Shown: piece after piece, positions 28,936 to 39,259 of the stretch
How positions within the stretch are numbered: position 1 is the stretch's first letter
How the letters are laid out: the number at the start of each line of letters is the position of its first letter
Assembly (NCBI RefSeq): GCF_000150275.1
Contig: NW_002060944.1
Location: 437,614 to 501,613, forward strand
Reading direction: 5' to 3'
Length of the DNA: 64,000 nt
Origin: Trichoplax adhaerens
Taxonomy: Eukaryota > Animalia > Placozoa
Translations under genes and position numbers: made by a program
Notes under the pieces: generated by a model
What the model was told of the DNA's origin: nothing
The model's database searches: none
Seen by the model: only the letters and a program-made list of their open reading frames with translations

Positions 28936-29204
28936 AATAGTCAGTTAATATGACCAAGCGAAGGTTCCTACTACTCTTAATGATGGTAGCATGGAGAAAA
29001 AATAGGGAAGACGTCGTTAAAGTTATTGTAAAACTACCGACTAACTCTTATTGGATTGAAAAACGGCGGGTTCGATAATGCACTGTACAGTACTGTACTG
29101 TACGTGCGCCGTTCACACTTACAGTACAACGCAATGTACTGTACAGTAATTGCAAGTTTGTCTTATACTGTACTGTACGTAAAGTTCAATTTTTTTCTCA
29201 ACTC

Positions 29205-29410
29205 GATGTTGTTGTAGATTAATATTCAATAACTGAACACCATGATAACAACTCAAAAACGAAACACCATAATGTCTATGGTAATGTAGATTCATATTCA
29301 AAAACTAAACACCATAATAAAAACTCAAAAACTAAACGCCATAATGTTACCATAAAGTCTTTGGTGTTGTAGATTAATTAATTAATATTCAAAAACTAAA
29401 CACCATCATA
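29205..29410. repeat. Short degenerate repeat (attcaaaaactaaacaccataat-like, several copies)
   Basis: Copies at ~29224, ~29252, ~29296, ~29323 and ~29385. Confidence 0.6.
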
Positions 29411-29597
29411 GTGAATAGATTCATTACAGTAGATTCATGATACTGTACTGTAGTTTGGAGTACATTGTACTGTACAAGCTTTCGGTTCTGCGCGGTTCGG
29501 GCTGCGTCAGTCTACTGTCTGTCAGTGTCTGGTCTATCTCTGGCAGCACTCTGACACTCTGCCATATCAATCAACAACTTTTCAGTCATGCTATATA

Positions 29598-30037
29598 GTC
29601 AACACCAGCCATTGCAGTCGTGTTGATGAATGCACCCTGCAGCAAAGGACATAGTCCACACTACTGTAGAGAGTGTACAAGCACATTCGAAAACAAATTT
29701 GAATTGAAAAATTCATTTTTTCACTTTTGTATTCAGTTAAGTTTAGTTCTCTATTCAAGGCATCAATCTGCCATTCCAGTAGACGCAGTGATGCAGTCAG
29801 TCATGGACTCATTGGACAGCGCACCATTGCACTGCCAACGGACCCACTAGCCAGGCAGTCAGGCACGAACATGGGCGGCCATTTGGGGCCATGGCGTGCA
29901 TGGACTACTGGAGAAGACGACGGACTCGGTTTCAAGCCTTCCGTCTAGTAGTCTGTCCAATCTCCATGAAGCCTTCAACGGTTCAACCATCAAACGGGTC
30001 ATGTGTTTGATGAATGACCCAACGACTGCAAGCAGTC
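29598..30037 (+). ncRNA. Candidate structured non-coding RNA of unknown family
   Basis: Many nested complementary segments (see findings); G-U pairs favour the plus strand; no convincing ORF. Confidence 0.4.
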
Positions 30038-30288
30038 CAGAGTTCAGTACTAGTACCAACGTTACAGTGGATTTGTCACAGTACAAAGTACCTTGATTAC
30101 AAGGTATGGTACTGTGAGAGGAGTCTAAAGTACTGTAGGTTGCTTCGAATCCAACCTAGAGCCGTGAGCAGGCGCACAGTGCACTGACAGGGTCGCACTA
30201 TACAGAAAGACAGGCGTGCGGATGAAACCACGGAGACTCTCCTCCATGCGATGCAAGCTCACAGCCAAAAGGATTGATCGAGTCCAAA

Positions 30289-32168
30289 ATGGCTGCTTTA
30301 AAAGAGTTCTTACAAATGAAAGTTCAATTCAATGAGGAGTGCCAAAATCAACATATCATGTATTATAAGAGACATACTGTACGACAAGAGTGCCAGGATA
30401 TTCCATCGAATAGGACGTTATTTATTATTAATGTACCTCCTTACTGCACCAAGGTCAGTCGGATAGCCAAGGCAACCAACCTTTCACTGACGACAGTCCA
30501 TCTTCATGCCTTTGCTAAATTCCAATAATCACTACAGTCGCTCATCAAACTGAAGCTAATGTTATAAAGCTAAAATCTCATCTTTTCTATTGCATATCCA
30601 TCTATACTAGAATATTCTACGGCAAATATTTAGCCTATTTGGTGAAATTGATGACATCTATCAATTGAGACAACCTGCCAACACCATTCCACAATATGCA
30701 AAAGAGGATAGCTCAAGCTGCTTTCGTCGCCAACTACATACAGTAAGTAGCTGTGCCTATCTTCATCTATGAAGGGATATCAACATAATCGGAATAGTTG
30801 CAGAATGTAAGATAATATCACTGTTTTTACCATGTGAGTGAGTGAGGGATACCATAGAATCTTATGTCTACTCGATACCAAGTCCAACTATCAGGTCGTC
30901 AACATGGATTAATGAATAGGTTATCCAATTGCCATTCATAATCTACTTTTCATCAAGTTATCTATGACAATGTCATCCATTTCTAGTATGTAGTGAATAC
31001 ATTATAACTATAACTCACGACAGGAAAGAATAAATCATAACAAAATAGAACTGCATACGTTGCTGTGAACGTGGACAATGATAACTGCAATGTGCACAAT
31101 TACACACTTTCACGTAATCATACGCTTAAGAGTAATATACGCGTACACATCATTCCAGTTTCTGACGTAGATTAGCTCTATTATGTTAACCATATTTTAC
31201 AACTAATAATACGACGCACTAAGAAGACATCACAAACTATTCTGCCTTACATAGGGATTTAGGGTAGCCTATATTGTTTTCAAGACTCCAATCAGCCTGA
31301 TGAAAGCTCTTAAAGAAAGCTGTGATGACACTGTTGTATTAGCAAATCTTGAAGAACCACCCTTAGTAGGCTATAAGAGTAAGTTGACATACCCTAGTTC
31401 AAATTTATAACAGTAATAGAATGGCATTACTAAAATAAATATCTAGGATGATGCATTAACAAAACCGCTATTTTCATTTTCAGAATGGTGCCAAGAGTAT
31501 GCCGCAGAGAGACCAGCGCCACAATTATTGCAATCAGAAATTGATCAATTTATGGAAGATTTTCAAAAGCGAGAGAAACTCGTAAGTCGTCCATACTGTA
31601 CATATACAATTATATCACAGGGTAATGGATCGAATAGCTAGATATCGTCGTGTAACTGTCTTTTGCTAAACTAAATGGTACGAGTGTTACGTTTTTAGGA
31701 CGAATCCCAAAATTCGAATGAACCTGATGATGACGGCTGGGTCACTGTTAAACGTAAGAACAAATACCCAATATTCTCAAATGAAGATCAGGAACAACAG
31801 CAATCGAAAAAGAAAAAGAAAAAGAAAACAGTATGCATTGCCCATCTGCTTATGAAAATAATTTTTTCAATAGTATTTTGGAAAGTTCAAAGGGTAAGGT
31901 TATTAAAATAATATTTGAACCAAAACTTCTATGTTATTTTACAGGACTTAATCAATTTCTATCGATTCGAAGTAAGAGAATCCAAGCGTGAGCGTAAGTA
32001 TTATACTACTCGTACTTAGTTGTTTATACTCTCCTTAAAATACTGTCAATAATTAATATTCAATCAAAAATAATAATACTAGATATTGCCCAATTACGAA
32101 AAAAGTTTGAAGAAGATAAGAAAAAGATTGCTTTGATGAAAGAGACTAGGAGATTTAAACCTTATTGA
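30289..32168 (+). CDS. RRP7A: Ribosomal RNA processing protein 7 homolog A
   Basis: MAALKEFLQMK...YYKRHTVR...NRTLFIINVPPYCT; GFRVAYIVFK; LQSEIDQFMEDF; EPDDDGWVTVKRK; LINFYRFEVRESKRE; IAQLRKKFEEDKKKIALMKETRRFKPY*; 7 GT-AG exons; ATG lies inside a YY1-like CAAAATGGC. Confidence 0.93.
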
Positions 32169-34035
32169 GTTACTTGGATACCATTACCTGACAATGCAAG
32201 CTTGTAATGAATTATTAGAACCTCCTGTGGTAACTAAACCCTAATGAGTTATGTGCAAAGGAGATGCCATGATTGGATGCTTTAGCTCTACAAGTATTCT
32301 CACTTATAGTCTATTATTTGGTCAAGTTAATGTTTTTATCGACGGCTATCAATTTTCCGCATCATTATATAATGTCAGCCGATATGATGAGATAGAATAA
32401 TTATTGAGAAAGCATCCCCACCCAAATATTGCATTACGTGTATTAGATTGTGCATTATAAAATTTTTTGCAGGTTTGATATAAATTATGTGTATATAGCC
32501 ACTGAAGCTTTGAACGTATTACATCCACGCTGTTAATATACTTGTGAACTTATATATTTATACAAGAAGATGATGGCCCATTTTCTTAGCATAATACCTT
32601 TCTCACCACAGTCATAGGAGTTTAACATCTTTGTATATCAGCAGTCAACAATACATAAATTTAAACTTACTTTCCAAATTTATTGCTGTATTATGATTTG
32701 TACAATATACAAACAGTTTCTTTACTTCAAATTGATAAAATATATTCATCATATTCTAATTTTTAAATGTTATGATCTCAATTGGTGTACGCAAGCTACG
32801 CCATGTACTTGGTTGTTTGATTTGATATAATGTTAATAAATTGGAAGACTTTCCTTCATTCAGGACATCGATGAATATATATAAAATCTACTACTGCGTG
32901 CAATCCTAAATGCTGATTTCGTCTGTTTTTCTTCTAATAGTATCGAAAAATAATGGCATTAGGTTATTCTATGATACAATTTATCAATAAAATTTAGGAA
33001 TCTTTCTATAATAGTAACCGCTATCTTAATACGTAGGTTATTTAAAATTTCGTCAAGCATTTTATTCGTCAACAAGCGATCGATAAAATAATCACAACGA
33101 TGAGTATTTCGTTCATTTAAATTGAAGATACATCAAGTATAGACTTATACATTAACAAAATAATATTCTACAAAATTTCATTAATCCGCCTAATAGACAA
33201 ACATAAGTATGCATGAGCTATTTATGACAGTTTATAACCTGTGCAAACCATTGAAGTTGATTAGAAATAAATAATGTAATATTTATAGCACTTTTCTGGA
33301 TATAAACACGGCATTTAAGCATGTTATTTTAAAGCATAATAATATTATAACTATAGATAGTTCCTTAATGTTGTTGCATGAAATAGTTAAAAAATCAGCT
33401 ATCACCAACTGCATTGTGCCCTCCATCTGTCGTTCATAAATACAGTAGTCTAGATCCAATCTATTATCATGATTATTGAAATAGATTGTGCATCTTCTAA
33501 TCTTGAAATGGCAACAGCTATAAGTTATTGCAGCCTGTGAATGTATCTTGATGACTACAACAGCTCATTAGCATGCAACAGCATGCTGACAATAGGTGGA
33601 AAGAATTTAATCTCTATTAATTAATGCGCGTGCCGACAAGAATAAACTATCGCTGTTTTGGTATCTTGATATGAGTATCGATGACAAGTTTGCGTAGTCT
33701 TCCCCTACAACTATTCAATATTACTATCGAGCTCATTATTTAATATTCTCCTTATATCAACAACGAAAGCCATGCTGGGATTGAAAGTGTGGTACAAAGG
33801 CAAAAGCAGCTTCTAATTGGGCAAGAAATTGGATACTGACATATGCAATTTTAAAACCATTCAATTCTATGTTGATTTAACATCTTTTCTTCTGATTTTG
33901 GATATTGTTGTCATCAATTTAACTGTATTGGCTTAACATCACCATAGGATTGAGTAGCAAAAGCACGCTATTAATTCTTGTGATCTCGCAAGCTGCCAAC
34001 ATTAAGACAGAAGGAAAGCAGTGCATAACTTCAAC

Positions 34036-35534
34036 ATGAACTCAATCCAATTCCTCGTCTTGGTTATCGCCATCCTTTTCCATCTTGCCATCGTCTACGC
34101 TGTCGATGAAGCTACTTTTGTAGGAGATGACTACGAGCTAATAGATCGCCATAATTTACCACTTCGCTTGGTAAGAATTGTAAATAGAAATAATAACTTT
34201 AGTTTATTACCGATTTTTTTCCAGCTTGTGTAACAGTATTTGAAAAAAGATGATTCTCACTTGAGCATAATAACTTCAACTATTGGCTACTTTAATCGAG
34301 ATTTATATGATCGATAAATAGTAAGTAAAAGTGCTGGTATTAGATAAGTCTCTTTCATTACTTTGTCCTTTACTTCGAAAGAGTTGGCTTTTATTGACAG
34401 TTATCCCTAGTAGTGGACTCCTGAAAGCGCATTTTAATATCTTCACTGCTACTTTTTTTGTATCTGTTACTTGAAAAAACAATAATCTTAACGGCTACTG
34501 TTGCAATATCTTCATTCTATTGCAAGCAGAAATTTCAATTCATGACCATCATTTATGCGTAACATTATATAAACGCGCTCTTCATTGCCCCATAATTACT
34601 ACAAATCAACTGCGCTAACCTTTATTAATAAAATCCAATTTCGTCTTTCTAATAATCATTTAGCTATAGTTTATTTTTGTGGGCTTAAGTAACCAAAATT
34701 TCGATTTCAGCCTTCCTGCATATAGCTAATACAATTAAAATACTGTGGTTTTGTTTCGCATTTTTAGGTTGATACAACCAAAGTTTTTATTCTAGCTCTC
34801 CTGCACAAAGCTTTCGAAATACGGTAGTTTCTTTCCTAGTCTGTCGTATAAATCTCATCTTTTATTTTAAATTGTTTTTCAAATTATTCTTTCCCCACTA
34901 AGAAGCAAAGATAGGCGTCTTAAACAGTGCGAATTCTGAATTATGCCTTCTACCGTATTAGTATCTGTTACTCAAAATCGTTCATTTTAATAATATCCGA
35001 GTATTAATTCTATCATATGCCATCAATTCTACGAGATAAAAGCCATTTCGTATTCGGTGATTCCATTCCATTATTGGGTAAACTTCTTAAGTCATTTTAG
35101 CAAGAATGTTAGACGCACTTAAGGCCGTTACAATCGTTTTTAAAAGTTATAGTTTTAGAGTAGTAGGCATCGATGCTATCACTCGTTTTGTGCAAATCTA
35201 CTGCTCCTATGCTTTAAATCTACCTATGATAAAAATACCTAACCAGCTATAGCAGCAATTCCAGAATCCTTTGCAATCACTTCAAGTTCGAATATATATT
35301 CGAAATAAATCATGTCTGAAATTACCTAGATCTAAGTTAATACCTACCGTCTAAATTCCAATAGACGAGCCGTTATATCTAATTTGTAGATAGACTGTGC
35401 GTATTTGATGTTCTGATGTTAGTAACGTCTATCGAACAGTATCAAAAAGAATTGAAAGTTAAAATTTCAATCTCTCATTTTCTTTTAGAGGAATATCTAA
35501 CTCTTGGGTCTCTGCTATATCAAGACATGGTTAA
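34036..35534 (+). CDS. Small secreted peptide precursor (putative; 3 exons 34036-34170, 34768-34823, 35489-35534)
   Basis: MNSIQFLVLVIAILFHLAIVYA signal, acidic spacer VDEATFVGDDYELIDR, then HNLPLRL|VDTTKVFILALLHKAFEIR|GISNSWVSAISRHG*. Exon 1 is solid; exons 2-3 are inferred from polypyrimidine-AG acceptors. AATAAA at ~35837. Confidence 0.55.
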
Positions 35535-36931
35535 CGTGGTCGGAAGACTAACGGCCGCCAAATAGCTTGATGATCAAGATAACATATCGTAGCTGTAACT
35601 GTCTTAGAAGGGATAGGCAATTGATACTAGATTATAACATTTGCCGACAGTGAATAGAATTGCTCTAACTCGATTTAAATGGTATAAATCGTGGAATACC
35701 ATTAGATGAAGCAGTAAATGGCCATGTATTTGTTCTTAATCTAGATAAATTGTGACATCGATTGTCATAGTTTCTGATCACTACTAAAATTAACTGTAAT
35801 ATTCACTAAATCGATGTTTATTCTGCCTACATTACTAATAAAAATACAGTTAGATTGAAATTTTTGCCTATTTAATATATAGTCTAAATTTTTGAGCTAA
35901 TAATTTCAAAATTTCTTGCTCCAATCTTGATTGATATGAAATGATCATGGCTAGTAAAACAAGTAATAACATAAGATTCTTTGAGAAAAACGAGCTATTT
36001 CATAAAATTATTTTACTACCATTAGACCCGTCTTTTATATTAAGGCTTGAAAAAGAAACTTTAGCAGATATCTAGAATAACATCCTACTGACTCTATTTA
36101 TCAAATAATCGTAGTGCGTGGAAGTAAAATACGCGTATACCTACCAAAGCAAATTAATAGTTATATTACATCTTGATCAGGTATCCTTGCCCCTTTGAGT
36201 ATGCTTAAGGTAGCTTAGAACTAGAAGCATACATTGCATAAATTTCTAATATACTGAATTAGGTATTGTACGGTATATTAGATACTTAAAATATGGCTCT
36301 ATACTTAATAAACTACGAATAGTAACAATGCTCAATCTGCAGAAATGCAGTTAGATACTAGAGTGCTGATGAATTCTATTTAGCAAACTATAATCAGCTG
36401 AGGGAGAGGAGCCCAACTCATCAAACTACATGCAGGTTCTCTGCAATTTATCTGCATAAATGACACGATATTGTCATCAATCTCTGGAAATTTAAATAGA
36501 TAATGATATGCCAAACAAATTCCTATGGACATAGTACACCTACTGTAATGAATATTGCTTCTATCAACGTAAGGAATTAGATTTCACTTTATCTTTCATC
36601 AAATATAATTGCACATTTTAAAATGAAAGCGTTGACTATCTTTATTTTGAAACTGTTATCATGAACAATTTGATCGATGCCTGATCCAAATCAAACGTAG
36701 TTCAGTACTTATACAAAAAATTATCAGCTACATAAACCTTCTATCTAAATACTATCAATATAAAAGAATATGATAGAAAGGAGTTTCTATTTCGATCAAT
36801 CTAGCGAAATCCTATCCTAATTGAACTTTCTTATCCCATTTACACCATTTGGCTATACAGTGTAATCTAATGTCTTCATATCTGAAGGCTATTGAATATT
36901 TATGGGTTAAATGATGAATGTTCCGATGGAA

Positions 36932-37479
36932 TTAAAACATGACATCATTTTCTCCTGGAATTTCTTCGCGTACATTCATGCCTTCATCGAATCGAACATG
37001 GGGAACTGTATTTAGGCGAACTCGTACTGGTACACCATCCTCAAAATCAACTTTATTGGTGTCTAAATTAAAGAAATAAACAAGAACACTTAATATCTAC
37101 AAATTTATAAACCGAATCTAAATTAAGCAATGATAAGCATCGAGATTCGACCGTTACTATCTCGAGCGAATCCAAAGATAAAGCTCGACATGGGTAAGCT
37201 ACCGCGTAAATCTCTTATACTGATTTGTAGCACTGCACTGTTCTTACAGCTTTAAAAGTTAAAAGTTGTCTATTATCGTGAAGAGATAATGGTCTTTCTA
37301 TTTTAACTTTTAGTTCATAACAGATAATTTATGAATTTATACTAAATAAAAAAATATACAATATTGTCATTATACTGCTATTTTAAAATTCCTTTTCAAT
37401 TTTTTTGCCTACCTTTCAAGGATGTACTTTCTGCCAAAACTAGGGCAGTGATTGCAAGAAATAGTAGAGCGAACTTCAT
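36932..37479 (-). CDS. Small secreted 65-aa protein/peptide precursor (coding exons 37413-37479 and 36932-37062)
   Basis: MKFALLFLAITALVLAESTSLK|DTNKVDFEDGVPVRVRLNTVPHVRFDEGMNVREEIPGENDVMF*; phase-1 GT-AG intron keeps the frame; acceptor at ~37495 and donor at ~37977 imply a 5'UTR exon. Confidence 0.72.
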
Positions 37480-39259
37480 CTTGAAAAAATGCACCTATGA
37501 AATTATGGCATAAGAAATAGATAAATATATATAGTGAAATTAAGAAAATACTATAACTATCAAGATGGCCGTAAAAAGTTAAAAATAATCTTATTTCTTG
37601 TAAAGCACAAATAAATTACATGTGAATTAGCATAGAGAAAATCTATCGAATTTCGACTTTGCACTATGGATTATAATCATAGACTTAAGATAACTTCAAG
37701 TAATCAATCAATTAAATTTCAATTGCATAGACAGTGCGCTATCAAGATTAAGAAAACTGATACAAATATGTAAATTCGTAAAATATAGTTTCAAAGATGG
37801 CCGTTAAAAGTTACGACACCTGTCTCCTCTCAAACTCGATAAAAAATTGATTTAAACTGGTAGTTATATACAAAATTTAAAGTTCCAACTTGGCAATAAA
37901 CATTACATGCGTAGCTTTGAAGCAATCAAGCTATAAAAGAAATCACCTCAATTTCAATCCTTAAGTAAAAATCCTACCTTAGAATCTTCCTATAGGGATC
38001 AAAATCCGTCGGTAAGAAAACTGAAAAACAATCATTCAAGCGTAACTATCCTGTCTTGTGACGAGAATATTTTAATTTATGCTAATTTTAAAGTAAATTA
38101 ATAATGCAGACATCGCCGCATGTTTACACAGAAGTGGTTGGATGACAATGCATCCAATGCATGAGTTCAACGTATGCAAGGGCTACTCGTCAGTCAAGAT
38201 ATAGATTATTCTCCCGTATAAGCGTCAATAGATATACGCATATTTCGTTCTAATATTATGAAAAGTTTTTAGTTAATCAATGTATAGAAATTATCTTTCG
38301 TAAATTATGTAAACCTATTCTATCCTAACAGTATGGAATTGCATTGGATAAATTTGAAATGCTCACCTTATTTGTATACTTAATTGATATAAGCATATCC
38401 TAGCCAGATCGAGTCCTACGGCAACTCAGGAAATACTCTACAGTTTTTGCAGTTGCCATCACTGTTTCAAGTTTTATTAGGTACTATCGATAGGTATATG
38501 CTTTACCGCTAGTCCAAACATGACGATATATCGTGTGACAGTAATTCCTCTAGCACCTGCGCTATGGAATTTCTGCAAATTTAGTCTTATGAAGCTACAG
38601 GAACTATCCGAACATTGGCGGTGATGTTCCTTTAGGAAATTATATCAACATCATACATACGGTCATGCATTAAGATTGATACGATGATAAACTGAAAGGA
38701 TATAAATTATAGCGGGAAACATTTTATCGATTTATCATAAGTTGTCTTATTAACAAATGCAAGACTGCATCTAGGAGTTAGTTATCTTAAATTTATGGTA
38801 CAATATTGACAATTGATTGATTGATCGTACGAAGGCAAGAAAAGTCGAATCTTTTAGGAAATGAAATAAATTTTCGGCGACATTGAGCATGCAATATAAA
38901 TGCATGCCAATTTAGTACAGATGTAGTGTCGGAGAAAGATTCACTCTGCTCTATGCAAATATTTAGGCATTAGTGTCCCTTACATTATAGACCTAAGCGT
39001 CGCACATTGTAGAATTTACACAGTGAAAAGGGTAGCCCAAGGATTGCATCGAGAAATACTCCAGATATTTTTGCAATCTAACTCTACATCAATAAATTTA
39101 TCATGCCTCTCCGGCTAACAACGATCAATTGTATGCTATTGCAAAAGTTAACAATAATTCGTGATCCACAAGAGATGTTCATTAGCTGATGTAACAAATT
39201 TTTGACCAAAATAAATAATTACGACTTTGCGAGCCGGATGAATGTTCCCCACAGCCTAA

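Noticed and set aside
29620-30096. Short ORFs 29620-29850, 29727-29948, 29859-30086 and 29896-30096 as genes
   Set aside because: Overlapping ORFs in several frames are expected from the higher GC; no splice context or recognisable product
30175-30250. Hammerhead ribozyme (CTGA...GAAA)
   Set aside because: Core reads CUGACAG rather than CUGANGA, and stems I-III cannot be built
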